Positions 30,045 through 40,184 of a stretch of 64,000 bases of DNA are shown here, piece after piece (within the stretch, counting starts at the first letter, position 1; each line of letters begins with the position of its first letter). Origin of the DNA: an uncultured Phycisphaerales bacterium (lineage in GTDB: Bacteria; Planctomycetota; Phycisphaerae; Tepidisphaerales; Tepidisphaeraceae); NCBI GenBank assembly GCA_963758525.1, contig CAVWVQ010000003.1, positions 1,056,001 to 1,120,000 of the forward strand, in the 5' to 3' direction. A program made the position numbers and the translations under genes. The notes beneath the pieces are model-generated. The model did not search any database, had not been told where the DNA came from, and was given only the letters and a program-made list of their open reading frames with translations.

Positions 30045-33000
30045 ATGAAAACGGGACGGCAAACGCTCAAACGCGGGATTCGACTGAATCCCTGGCTTCT
30101 GTTTCTATTGATGACAATCAGCAGCCTGGGAAGGCTCGGCGCCGCTGCGAGCATCGATACCACGCAGCCATCCGCAGGTGTCGTTCGATCAGCAGTTGCC
30201 GTGGTTTGGAACCCATCCGATTCACTGGCTGGCGTGCCGCAGCCTGAATTGATCGAATTGAAACTGGCTCACTGGGGCATATTTCGGCTCGTCGATCGTT
30301 CCGCGATCGCCTCTGTTCTTAAAGAACAGCAACTTGCGGCGGCCCTGGGGCCGAGCGATGGAAGCAATCGAATAAAGCTCGGCCGACTGCTCAAGGCTGA
30401 CTTCCTGGTCATTCTGCGATCATCGGGAGACGTTTCAGCACGGAAAATGGAGATTACCGTCTGCGAAACGCACGGCGGATTGCGTATAGCGACTGAGCGA
30501 ATACCCCTTGGCACCGACCCCGAGCAAGACGCCGCTGCTGCCGTCAAGTTGATCCAACCGGCGCTGGAAAGAGGGACGGCGGGAATCACGACGATTTTTG
30601 CGGTACCGCCGTTTCAAAATCTTGATCTCGAGCAAACCTTTGATTCGATGCAGGATGCCTATGCGCTGGTGATCCAGCAATCCCTGCTCAGTCACAAAGG
30701 TGTTCTGGTAGTCGAACTCGCCGAAGCGCAGGCAATTAGTCAGGAGCTGGCGCTGTCGAACGACCAGGCGGTACACCGGCGTGCCCCGATCTATGTGGTC
30801 GGTGAATTTCGCCACGGCACAGGAACAAAATCGCCGACGATCACGATAACGCTCAAATGCACGCAAGCGGGAAACGACCTGCTCCCGCCCCGGTCACAGA
30901 CCGTCGGCAATGGAAGCGTTCCCGAACTGCTACTTGCCGCAAGTGAGAATATCTTCTCCGCCAGCCGTCGAACGGCCAACCCAGCCACAACACCGGCCGC
31001 CGAAGAGGAGCAATTACCAACAGAGGCGAAAAGGGAGGCCGCGCTGCTGGACGAACGCGGCGAGGCCTTCGCACTAGTCGGCGATTGGGAACGGGCGTTG
31101 CCCCTGCTGGAAGCCAGCTTGCTCGTGCAGCCAAACCAGCCTTGGGTCCACGCCGCGGCGTTTAAAGTGCTTGGGCATTTGCCGCTTGGTTTGGATCACT
31201 ACTACCGTACTCTCCCCGGTTGGGGGGACAAAGATCAGTGGGACAGCGCCAATACAGCGGCCATCGTCGGATTCAGGGCTCGCCAGATTGACCATTTGGA
31301 AGCATTTCTCAGGTCGACCATCCCCTGCGACACGTACAAACATTATGGACCATGTTTTAAGATCATTCGGGCATCCCAGTGGGAGTACCACACGCATGTC
31401 CGGGATCTGGCGGCGCAGGATTTGGCTTTGCGGCGACGCCAGCGGGATATGTTCTTTGATGTTTTTGAAGCAAAGGTGCGAGCGCATGCGACGGACGCAT
31501 ATGCGTGTGGTCTGTGGGGCCGCGAACTCGGGCAATTTCTGTATCCGCAAGAGACTCTTGAAGAAAAAGTGCAAACGAAACTGCGTGCAATCAAACTATT
31601 CAAAGATGCACCCATCGCAGGCAAGGGCGAGAACATCATTTACGTAATCTGCCGGTACGATGAACTCCGCGGAATGAAAGGCCTTCCTTGGCCGCAACTA
31701 GACCGACTGCTGACGGCGGCCGAGGCGTTGAACTCCCCAAACGTATCCACGATTGTTGCCAGGATTCGCGCTGAAGGGCCGGACTTCAAGATGCACTTTT
31801 CCACGTTTCGGTACGTGCCGCCCCCCGCGGCGCAAGACACGGCCGCCTATCGTCCATTGAATCTGACTTTCAGGGACTCAAATGGCCTTGCGCTGGCGAA
31901 CCACGCGCAGATTTTTGATTGGAAACCTGCCGGCAAAGGGGCAGATGTGGCCATAGGTCGGGACGCTCTGTTCGTGATGACAGAAAAGGATGTGCTTCAG
32001 CAAATTTACAAGGCAGATACAAACGCCTTTGATTTTTCCCAGATCTGCTTTGATGGGAAATATGTCTGGGCGCCGGTCGTTCAAGCTGATCCATCGGTTC
32101 TCATTATCGATCCCCTAGCGGGGAAAGTGGTTGCGAAGTTGACCGCGGCTAACGGAGTCCCCGCGATGAACATACGCGCGGTCGCGGCAGCCATCTCGCC
32201 CGGCCATGCCTGCCTGTCGGGGGGCTTCGGGCGCGGGTGGATCGCCTGGGCGTCATTCGATCCCACGAGCGGGCCGACGTTCAAAGTGTTTTGGGAAGCG
32301 CGAGACGAAACCGGAAACGCCATGACGGATCCTCACTTCGCGTTCAGCCCATTGTATGCCGTGACGCTCGAGGGAAAGTCGTCGGATACCAATGGTGCGG
32401 CGGTGCAGCGAGTGATTCTGGAAGGAGTTGCGAAGACAGGAATGCCCCTGCCGTTGATCATCGATCCCGTTTCCAGTTCGGTGACTGTTCTGTCCACTGG
32501 CGGAGCGCCGTTCGGTCACCCCGCGACGGAGCTGTTTGCGGATGGGGACTCGCTTTATTGGATCGACCTTTCCCAGGGCTACAGCAGCGGGCGATTGGTG
32601 CAGTGGGGCCTGCCGGATTTCAAGGCGCGAACGCTGGCACCGAGTGTTCCCGGTTGTGGTCCAATGGCCTTTTACGACGGCAAGCTCAATGTGGCAGGCG
32701 GCCTGGGCCAGTGGATTACCTCGAGGAATCCCGCTGGCCCGTACGTCATCCTCGGTGGCGACATGCCGGGTCGGCTGGCCTTCCGCCGTATTTGCATCAG
32801 CAATTTCTACGGCCTGCTCCTGATCCCCGATGAGCGACAGCATGATCTAGGCGTTTACGCCGTACAGCTTCCCCCCGACGTGTTGATGAAACATTCGGCT
32901 GATCCAGAGGAGACCGCACGCCGCATGACAATGAGCGATGTGGCTGCGGCGCTGAAAGCTGCCGACGACCATTATGCGCAAGAACTTCAGCGTGCCAGGG

Positions 33001-33839
33001 AACTATTGATCACGCGTATGGCGCATGCAAAGGAATTTGCCCGTCGCCCGGGTCAGGCGGAAGCAATCGACAAGGCGTGCCAAGCCCTCATGCTGCTGAA
33101 GCCAGGACCGGAAATTGGTGAGCACCATGCGGAGACGTTACCGGCTGCGCCAGGGGCCGACTTCCTGAAGATGGGACTCGCCGATGCCTGCGAGGATGTG
33201 ATCTGCTTTGACGCGGACCTGGAGCTGGCGCACAAAAGGTGGATGGGCGCCGTGGCGCTGATGATCCAATCTCCCGGGACGATGATGGCAGACGATCTGG
33301 CAAGAGCCAGCGCGACGGGGGATCTTGCGCAAATATCGAAGATCAAGTCAATGCTTGAGCGTCTGGAAGAGGCGAAACGCGGTATTCCGACGACGTGGTA
33401 TCGAGAGGCCATCAAGGACCATGACCCCGGCAAACCGCCGGCGCGCTCAGCGCCGCTGGCCCAGGTCATTCACGATGTGCATCTAAGCTCCGCCCGCGTG
33501 GGCGGAGGACTTAACTTCCCGTTCGAGGTTCGGACGCTGATCGCTCCTTTCCGAAGCGGTGAAGCAATGGCGTCGGGGACCATCGAGCAAATCTTTCAGG
33601 GAGACGAAATGGTCTATGCCGCGATGGATCTCCCCGCGGGAAACCGCGGTCAAGTTGGAGACGAGCGCTTCATCGGAGCGGCCACGTATAAGAATATGCT
33701 GTCAGCCGGCTCAGGCGGGCTCTGGCATTTTTCAAAGCCGGGTCAATACACGTTGAAGCTAATCGTGATCAATGGTGACGGATGGAATGATGTTCTCGAC
33801 GCATACGAGGAACCATTTACGGTTGGCCCCGCCTCGTAA
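30045..33839 (+). CDS. Large exported protein, CsgG/HfaB-like N-terminus, TPR-like and beta-rich regions
   Basis: Signal-like segment; LVDRSAIASVLKEQQL..KLGRLLKADFLV. Confidence 0.65.
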   Translation: MKTGRQTLKRGIRLNPWLLFLLMTISSLGRLGAAASIDTTQPSAGVVRSAVAVVWNPSDSLAGVPQPELIELKLAHWGIFRLVDRSAIASVLKEQQLAAALGPSDGSNRIKLGRLLKADFLVILRSSGDVSARKMEITVCETHGGLRIATERIPLGTDPEQDAAAAVKLIQPALERGTAGITTIFAVPPFQNLDLEQTFDSMQDAYALVIQQSLLSHKGVLVVELAEAQAISQELALSNDQAVHRRAPIYVVGEFRHGTGTKSPTITITLKCTQAGNDLLPPRSQTVGNGSVPELLLAASENIFSASRRTANPATTPAAEEEQLPTEAKREAALLDERGEAFALVGDWERALPLLEASLLVQPNQPWVHAAAFKVLGHLPLGLDHYYRTLPGWGDKDQWDSANTAAIVGFRARQIDHLEAFLRSTIPCDTYKHYGPCFKIIRASQWEYHTHVRDLAAQDLALRRRQRDMFFDVFEAKVRAHATDAYACGLWGRELGQFLYPQETLEEKVQTKLRAIKLFKDAPIAGKGENIIYVICRYDELRGMKGLPWPQLDRLLTAAEALNSPNVSTIVARIRAEGPDFKMHFSTFRYVPPPAAQDTAAYRPLNLTFRDSNGLALANHAQIFDWKPAGKGADVAIGRDALFVMTEKDVLQQIYKADTNAFDFSQICFDGKYVWAPVVQADPSVLIIDPLAGKVVAKLTAANGVPAMNIRAVAAAISPGHACLSGGFGRGWIAWASFDPTSGPTFKVFWEARDETGNAMTDPHFAFSPLYAVTLEGKSSDTNGAAVQRVILEGVAKTGMPLPLIIDPVSSSVTVLSTGGAPFGHPATELFADGDSLYWIDLSQGYSSGRLVQWGLPDFKARTLAPSVPGCGPMAFYDGKLNVAGGLGQWITSRNPAGPYVILGGDMPGRLAFRRICISNFYGLLLIPDERQHDLGVYAVQLPPDVLMKHSADPEETARRMTMSDVAAALKAADDHYAQELQRARELLITRMAHAKEFARRPGQAEAIDKACQALMLLKPGPEIGEHHAETLPAAPGADFLKMGLADACEDVICFDADLELAHKRWMGAVALMIQSPGTMMADDLARASATGDLAQISKIKSMLERLEEAKRGIPTTWYREAIKDHDPGKPPARSAPLAQVIHDVHLSSARVGGGLNFPFEVRTLIAPFRSGEAMASGTIEQIFQGDEMVYAAMDLPAGNRGQVGDERFIGAATYKNMLSAGSGGLWHFSKPGQYTLKLIVINGDGWNDVLDAYEEPFTVGPAS

Positions 33840-33917
33840 AATGTGGCGCGCCCCTGATAAATGCGCCTCGCAGGTGGCGTCGGTACGCTCAAACTGGAAT
33901 ATCTCGGAGAAATCTCG

Positions 33918-34655
33918 ATGTCACGTTTGGGAATGCTGGGCACGTTGGGAGTTCTGGTGCTGAGTGGCTTGGTCTGGCGATTAGCATTGGCAGCCGGAGC
34001 GGACATGGCGGATTCGCAGGACCCGTCGACGACCGGGCCGCAAAGTATCCCGGAGGCGCCCACGCATACTACGGCCGTCGCCCTCTCTTGCGGCCAAGTG
34101 GAAATCTTCTGGCAAAACAACGCGTCCAACGAGACAGAGTTCAAGCTGCAGCGGCAAGAGAAGACGGCAGAGTCTCGGGGTAGCTTATGCGACTGGATCG
34201 ATGTCGCGACGGTCAATGCCGGAACCACGGAATTCGTGGACAGCAGCGTCTCCGCTTCCACGAGGTACAACTATCGCGTCAAGGCCGCAAACGTCGCCGG
34301 TGACTCGTCAGCCGCTGGGGCTTCCGTGACAACCCCCGCCTCATCTTCTCGCGATCCGGCTGCGAGCGTTTCCATCATCGCTGGCGGTATTCAGGGGAAA
34401 TACGACGGACCCGACGGCCATCCGCAGAACAGCTATTTCGACTTCCACCGCGTCGGCGCCCTCGATACGGTGTTCACCGCGGGCGTCAAGTACGACGGCA
34501 GCATCGCCAAGCCGGTCATAGATTATTCCGGCTCGCTTCCGACCAATGTCACCTTCTGCCCGGGCGTCCAGGATGTGATAGTGCCGATCGTACCCGCCAA
34601 TGGAGCTCCGAGTTTCGGCGGCACCATCAACGCCACCTTGGACCTGCCCTATTAG
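33918..34655 (+). CDS. Exported fibronectin type III domain protein
   Basis: WQNNASNETEFKLQR..FVDSSV..YNYRVKAANVAGDS. Confidence 0.75.
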   Translation: MSRLGMLGTLGVLVLSGLVWRLALAAGADMADSQDPSTTGPQSIPEAPTHTTAVALSCGQVEIFWQNNASNETEFKLQRQEKTAESRGSLCDWIDVATVNAGTTEFVDSSVSASTRYNYRVKAANVAGDSSAAGASVTTPASSSRDPAASVSIIAGGIQGKYDGPDGHPQNSYFDFHRVGALDTVFTAGVKYDGSIAKPVIDYSGSLPTNVTFCPGVQDVIVPIVPANGAPSFGGTINATLDLPY

Positions 34656-35000
34656 CGGATGGCAGATCTTTGACGGAATCGGGTGTGCGATCTGTGGACG
34701 GCTTTGGGTCTACCGCCCGGCGACATGGGTATGACAAGGGGTTAGGTATGACCGGGGAGGTGTGACAAGCGGGTCATCATCAGCGCACCCGGTCCGGCCG
34801 ATCCTTGAACGGCGTAACGATGGCGCCGGGCGCATCGCCCAGTGGGTCGCCGAGCTGGCCGACGAAGGCGGCGATCAGCTCGTCCATCGTCGCGGGTTCC
34901 TGGAGCAGCTTTGCCTGATCGCGATGCCGCCTCGTAACAACGCTTTTCCTTAGCCGCCGATTGAGTACTACCGATAACGGTCGTATCGTTGATCGGAAAA

Positions 35001-35129
35001 ATGAAAGTGCATACGCGATTCGAATGGGACGAGGACAAGGCCGCGACGAATGCGTCGGTGCACAATGGAGCGCCCGGGCCGCCAATCGAAAGCAGACAAA
35101 AGAATATGCAACGTTCGCGTCACCTTTAG
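35001..35129 (+). pseudogene. BrnT-toxin remnant ending at end motif TTCGCGTCACCTTTAGTT
   Basis: MKVHTRFEWDEDKAATN; motif ~35114-35131 matches the reverse complement of 10403-10420. Confidence 0.65.
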
Positions 35130-35139
35130 TTGTTCCCGT

Positions 35140-35406
35140 TCAAACAGTGCCGCCGGTATGGCGTCCCCTCAGCGCATGGTAAATCACCAGGCAAACCACT
35201 GCGCCGCAAACCGCAATCAAGATACTGTAGAGGTTGAAGCCGGTAACTCCGTTAAACCCGATGAATTGCGCGATGAATCCACCGATGATGGCGCCGATGA
35301 CTCCCAGGAGAATATCGCCGATGAATCCTTCGCCATGCTTGTTCACCAGCAAGCTGGCGATAAATCCCGCAATGAGACCCAGCACGATCCACGCTATGAC
35401 ACCCAT
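35140..35406 (-). CDS. GlsB/YeaQ/YmgE-family membrane protein
   Basis: IAWIVLGLIAGFIA..DILLGVIGAIIGG. Confidence 0.92.
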   Translation of the reverse strand: MGVIAWIVLGLIAGFIASLLVNKHGEGFIGDILLGVIGAIIGGFIAQFIGFNGVTGFNLYSILIAVCGAVVCLVIYHALRGRHTGGTV

Positions 35407-35672
35407 ATAGGCTCCCGTAAATTGACCAGTGAAACGAACAGCGACAGTCGCTGCACCGTCCGCTAAATCAGCAAAACCGGGGCCTTTTGTTCAGATTCTG
35501 GTTTTGCGTCTCTGGGAGTGAGATGTGGTTTTCGGAATGATGCAGCGGGCTCGGCTCCGGACATCGCCACTAAAGTGGCAATGCCGGCGGTCGGGGGGCG
35601 GACGAGGCGGTATAGCAGATTGAAAACCGCTTCAGGTGCGAATCTCTTTCTGTGCCTGAGCCCGTGCGGTCT

Positions 35673-36410
35673 CTACCGCGGTGGTCTTTGGGTGGGGTAT
35701 TGCGTTGGCAGGAATTCCGCTTTCGGCCCGTGGTGCTTGCAGGCCAGGCACTCCATCTGTTCCTCGGGAGCGGATGTAAAGCAGATCAGCGCCACAAAGC
35801 TCTTCCAGATTTGCGGAACGGGGATGACACGCCAGGCGTGGCATTGCGGGCAGCGGAAGTCCTCTGCGTCGGCCTCGTCTTCGGCCGCGTCGAGCAGCCG
35901 CCGGGCCTTGTCCAGATCATCTTCGCACACCCGCAGGATGAACCGCTTCCCCTGCCCCGGCGGTCGATCGCCACGTGGCGCCATGATCGGCAAATGCGAT
36001 GATACATGCCCGGCAGCCAGGATCGTCTGCGCATCTCGCAGCAGCCTGACGCTCTCGAATGCCGCCACCGGCGCCAGTGTGACGGAATGACCCTCATCGT
36101 CGGTCACAGGCACTGCATTGGCGTCATCCACCGGCTCAAGGTCGTCTGAGGTTGCCAGCGCCAAGACTGCCGTCGCCCGTTCGACGTCGTCGGGATGCAC
36201 ATGAATTTCCACCCTCGAGAACCCGCTGTATGGCATCCCCAGCGAGTTTACATTTCCATTGAGAACCGTCGTGCGAATCCCCTCCGCGCCCAGCTCCGCC
36301 GCCTGCAGCTCCGCCTCCGAGGCATTCCCGAAGCTCGCCAGCCGCACCATCGCATTGTCCATCGGCATGGCGTACGACAATAGTGGCGGGATTTGGTCGC
36401 GTTCGGCCAT
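35673..36410 (-). CDS. DUF2007-like protein with C-terminal CxxC pairs
   Basis: EAELQAAELGAEGI..VHPDDVERA; CPQC..CLAC. Confidence 0.65.
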   Translation of the reverse strand: MAERDQIPPLLSYAMPMDNAMVRLASFGNASEAELQAAELGAEGIRTTVLNGNVNSLGMPYSGFSRVEIHVHPDDVERATAVLALATSDDLEPVDDANAVPVTDDEGHSVTLAPVAAFESVRLLRDAQTILAAGHVSSHLPIMAPRGDRPPGQGKRFILRVCEDDLDKARRLLDAAEDEADAEDFRCPQCHAWRVIPVPQIWKSFVALICFTSAPEEQMECLACKHHGPKAEFLPTQYPTQRPPR

Positions 36411-36439
36411 CGGAAGGATGATAGTTCGTCGCGGAGTTT

Positions 36440-37243
36440 TCACCACACCTGCCGTTGGCTGAAGTTGGGAACCGCTGCGTCCAATCGCCGGGCCAGGGCG
36501 GGGAGGTGGGGAGTTGGAACGGCTGGGAACAGGTGATGCTCCAGATGGAAAAACATGCTGTAGCTCACCACGTTTTTCATCCATCCGCGCTGGGTGCGGG
36601 CGATGTGGTGGTGCTCCTCGCAGCCATGATGGACGGTCCAGACGGCGAAGAAAGCGGTGAAACTTTCGCCGACGATCATCGCGGCCAGATGCCACTTGAG
36701 AGCGGGGATATCGAAGATGAAGATCACGGCGATGAACCATGCCGTCATGAGAATGAGTTCGGCCGCGATCCAGCGGCGTTTTGCCGCGGCGCCTTGGCGG
36801 ATGGCGGCGAGCACCAGCCGGCAGGGGAAGAGCGGCCCGCAGAGCAGAACGCGCCACCAGCGCTCTTCCGCATGTGCCGCTTCCACGTCATCGGTGGCCA
36901 GGCAATGGCGGTGGTGAACCAGGTGCGTGACCTGCACTGCGTGCATGCTCATCATCATCAGCACGCTCAGCACGAGCAACACAATATCCTGCGCCCTGCG
37001 GCCGATGCCCAGGCAATAGTGCTGGGCGTTATGGCTCTGCCGAAGTCCGGTCAGAAAGAAAAAGAACGTGCAGCCGGCTCCGACTGCGAGCCAGCATCCG
37101 CCGCGGGCGTAGCAAGCGAGACTGGCGAGGAGCCAGGGCGCGCTGAGGCTTAATTCCCAGACTCTTTCCCAAATATTCAGAGGGACAAGATCGCGCCACT
37201 GCACGGTTCGAAGAGGATCGTTTCCTGCCAGTCGCTCATTCAT
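36440..37243 (-). CDS. Fatty acid desaturase-family protein
   Basis: His boxes HNAQH, HLVHH, HLEHH. Confidence 0.88.
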   Translation of the reverse strand: MNERLAGNDPLRTVQWRDLVPLNIWERVWELSLSAPWLLASLACYARGGCWLAVGAGCTFFFFLTGLRQSHNAQHYCLGIGRRAQDIVLLVLSVLMMMSMHAVQVTHLVHHRHCLATDDVEAAHAEERWWRVLLCGPLFPCRLVLAAIRQGAAAKRRWIAAELILMTAWFIAVIFIFDIPALKWHLAAMIVGESFTAFFAVWTVHHGCEEHHHIARTQRGWMKNVVSYSMFFHLEHHLFPAVPTPHLPALARRLDAAVPNFSQRQVW

Positions 37244-37586
37244 CGTGCTCCCTTGCAAGATGAAGAGCATCTTGGCGCTGCTCCCCTGCAGCGACAAGAA
37301 GAAGCGAGGGACAATCGCCTGCCTCACAAATGTTTCATTAGTCGCGAAACCGCGCTGCGGAGTAAGGGCACTGCTTCCGCCGAAGCGGCTTTATTTTGCT
37401 GTGCACGTCCAACGTCGCGCACGCGAAGAGGGACACTTCGTACGGGTGTCCGTCTTTGCGTTCCCCGGAGATGCCGCTGCTGCTGGCATCAGAGGCGGGA
37501 TGTTAATGGCAGGAATTTGGCCATGCCATGCCGGGTCCTGAGCGGAAGCATTGAGATGGTTGCGGGTATAATCAGACCATGATCAG

Positions 37587-37670
37587 AAGCTGTTAAGGTG
37601 ACATCCACGAATGGCATTGCCTTAGCCCATTAAAGGCTGTTTTCGCAAAAGCTGTTAAGGTGACATCCAC
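37587..37670. repeat. 22-bp direct repeat AAGCTGTTAAGGTGACATCCAC x2 (RAYT end motif)
   Basis: 37587-608 and 37649-670, just downstream of the RAYT tail stop. Confidence 0.85.
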
Positions 37671-37690
37671 CGTTTTTATTTACCATTTGC

Positions 37691-37798
37691 CTACGTCTTC
37701 GGCCTGCCTCTCGGATTCAGAGTGTACTGCAGCCCCATCCGGCCGGCCATTTTCAGGGTCCAGGGATCGGCGCCGAGCGGCCGGCCGCGCTCGAAGCT
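37691..37798 (-). mobile_element. RAYT 3' tail remnant
   Basis: Manual: SFERGRPLGADPWTLKMAGRMGLQYTLNPRGRPKT*. Confidence 0.8.
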
Positions 37799-37915
37799 GG
37801 GGGAGTGATACGGGGGGAGTGATACGGGGACGCAGCTAGTTTTTATTGACCTGGGATTGGGGTCGGGTTAGCCTTCTGCCGATGCCGCGTCGCCCCCGGC
37901 GGTCTGGTCTACCAC
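37799..37915 (+). repeat. Partial duplicate of RAYT-2 left end, promoter and first codons
   Basis: (GGGGGAGTGATACG)x2, then near copy of 37915-38030. Confidence 0.9.
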
Positions 37916-37984
37916 GGGGGGAGTGATACGGGGACGCAGCTAGTTTTTATTGACTGGGATTGGGGTCGGGTTAGCCTTCTGCCG

Positions 37985-38680
37985 ATGCCCCGTCGTCCCC
38001 GCGTCGCCCCCGGCGGTCTGGTCTATCACGTGCTCAATCGTGCCGTGGGACAGATCGTGATGTTCCGCCGGGACGCTGATTTCGAGGCCTTCGAGCGGAT
38101 CATGCAGGAGGCGCAGGAACTGCATCCGATCCGCATTCTTTCCTATTGCCTGATGTCCAACCATTGGCACTTTGTCGTCTGGCCGGAGCGGGACGGGCAG
38201 GTGACGGCCTTTTTCCGCTGGCTGACCCACACCCACGCGCTGCGCTGGCGGGTATCGCATCACACGGTTGGTTACGGGCATCTCTATCAGGGCCGATTCA
38301 AAAGTTTTCCGGTTGCGCGCGATGGGCATCTGCTGAGCGTCTGCCGATACGTGGAACGCAATGCCCTGAAAGCACAGTTGGTGGAGGGGGCGGAGCAATG
38401 GCGGTGGTCGAGTCTTTGGGTCAAGCAGCACGGAACCAAACAGCAGAAGTCGCTTTTGTCTCCTTGGCCGGTGGAGCGTGGACGGAAGTGGACCGAGTTG
38501 GTAAACCGCGACTTAGGCGAAGCCGAGCTGAAGGCGATCGAGGCCAGCGAGCAGCGCGGCCGGCCGCTGGGCAACGCGGCGTGGATCGCCAAGACCGTCG
38601 CCGAACTCGGGTTGGTCCATACCGTTCGTCGCGAAGGGCGGCCGGCAAAGGTTCAGGAAGGCGTGAAGCGTGAACGGTGA
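37985..38680 (+). mobile_element. REP-associated tyrosine (HUH/Y1) transposase, RAYT-2
   Basis: YHVLNRA, YCLMSNHWHF, GHLYQGRFKS, RYVERNA. Confidence 0.93.
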
Positions 38681-38691
38681 AGGAATATTAT

Positions 38692-38720
38692 CTAGCTGCG
38701 TCTACCCGGTATCACTTCCT
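38692..38720 (-). repeat. Downstream end motif of RAYT-2, inverted relative to upstream motif
   Basis: ctagctgcgtctacccggtatcacttcct, approximately the reverse complement of aggaagtgatacggggacgcagctag. Confidence 0.85.
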
Positions 38721-38738
38721 AGCCGAGCGCCGAGCGGA

Positions 38739-38767
38739 TTGACAGATCAATAGTTTCGATATATAGT
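38739..38767 (+). promoter_or_regulatory. sigma70-like promoter, probably leaderless
   Basis: TTGACA-17-TATAGT, ATG 7 nt later. Confidence 0.7.
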
Positions 38768-38774
38768 GTAAATC

Positions 38775-39107
38775 ATGACCTTTTCGTGGGACGACGTGAA
38801 CCGCGATCATGTCGCGCGGCACGCCGTGAGTCCAGCGGAGGCAGAGGATGTGGTCAGTGGTGCAGAGGCTCCGTTCCCGCAAACTATCGAGGACGACAAG
38901 TTTGTGGTGTGGGGAGCGACCGAGTCGGGCCGGTACCTTCAGGTAATTTACGTGCTCAAGATGCCGGCTGAGGTGACGTATGAGAGCCTCGCCGTGGAAG
39001 ACTGGATGGACGTCGAGGCAGGCGAGGTCACGCAGGTGATTCGGGTGATCCATGCAATGGATATGACGGCGTCGATGAAGCATCGGCTCCGCAAACGCCG
39101 GAGGTAG
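38775..39107 (+). CDS. BrnT-like toxin
   Basis: FSWDDVNRDHVARHAVSPAEAEDV..WGATESGRYLQVIY..IRVIHAMDMT. Confidence 0.75.
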   Translation: MTFSWDDVNRDHVARHAVSPAEAEDVVSGAEAPFPQTIEDDKFVVWGATESGRYLQVIYVLKMPAEVTYESLAVEDWMDVEAGEVTQVIRVIHAMDMTASMKHRLRKRRR

Positions 39108-39403
39108 TGATGAAAGCGAAGCAGGCCCGGACCAACGAAAACGATTTTGCGGCGATGGACCGGTTGGCCCGCAGCATCACCCCCAACAAGCTGCGTCCGC
39201 TGACCGCCCAACAGCGGGGACGCTGGGAGGCGGCCAAGCGCGGCCGTCCGAAAAAGCCCCCAGGCACCAAGGCCGTGCCGACGCTCATTACCGTCGAACC
39301 TCAACTGCTGCGACGTGCCGACGCCTATGCGAAAAAAGCCGGCCTCAGCCGATCACAGCTCTTTTCCGACGCCCTGCGCCATCGAATCAGCGTCGCAGAA
39401 TGA
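39107..39403 (+). CDS. RHH-type antitoxin
   Basis: RGRPKK..ITVEPQLLRRADAYAKKAGLSRSQLF; coupled to toxin. Confidence 0.75.
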   Translation: MMKAKQARTNENDFAAMDRLARSITPNKLRPLTAQQRGRWEAAKRGRPKKPPGTKAVPTLITVEPQLLRRADAYAKKAGLSRSQLFSDALRHRISVAE

Positions 39404-39445
39404 AGATCCGGCGAAAAGGCTCGTCTTGCGCTACTTGAATCAGCG

Positions 39446-40113
39446 TCAAATCCTCAATTCCTTTGCGCTCGCGTCGCCCGCGTGCGATACACAGAGCAGT
39501 CGACCAGCGGGCCCGGGACTGATGATCAGGGTTGCACCGCGTCGCCACTCTCGGGCGAACCAGTCGTGCACGTGACCTTGAACGACGGCAATGGGCTGTA
39601 GCTCCTCAACAAGCCGTGCGACGCAGTCGTACGTCCAGGATACGGGCACATCACCGCAGGGAAGCTCCGGCAGTTTCGGCGGATAGTGGGTCAGTAAAAT
39701 GAGCTTGTCCTGTGCCAGGAGCTGGCGAGAGGCTTGTCGGGCCAGCGCACGACACTGTGGCTCCAGGTCACTCTCGCCTGGGAGGTCATAGTAGCGTTTC
39801 GGCGCAAAGCCGATGCCGGCGATCCAGAGGCCGGGGCCGAGTCGGCACAAGCGCCGGTCAGATCCTGGGCCGCGCGGAAGAACCCGCCGGGATCGAGATA
39901 GTCGTGATTTCCCCTGACGGCGAATACCGGAACCCCCGCCGATGCCGCCCAGTGCCGCGCTGCCGGATCGTCATCGTCCTCGATCAGCGTCGGCGCGTCA
40001 TAGACATCGCCCGCGTGCAGCACAGCAGCGATGCCTGGCTCGCCCCATCGCGGAAGCGATGAGCCGTGAGTATCGGAACAGCAGCCAAGCATGATTTCAT
40101 GGTCATTGCTCAC
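39446..40113 (-). CDS. Metallophosphoesterase, frameshift near 39850
   Basis: SDTHG, HAGDVYD, RGNHD in one frame; THYPP, GHVHD in the next. Confidence 0.85.
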
Positions 40114-40184
40114 TGTTTTCCCTCCGCCGAACGGCCATTCTTGCGGGATCGTGTGTACGAGGGGCCAACGTGCGAACAGTAAGG

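Noticed and set aside
37587..37954. CRISPR-like array
   Set aside because: Only 2-3 copies per repeat, irregular spacing, spacers are RAYT-derived, no cas genes
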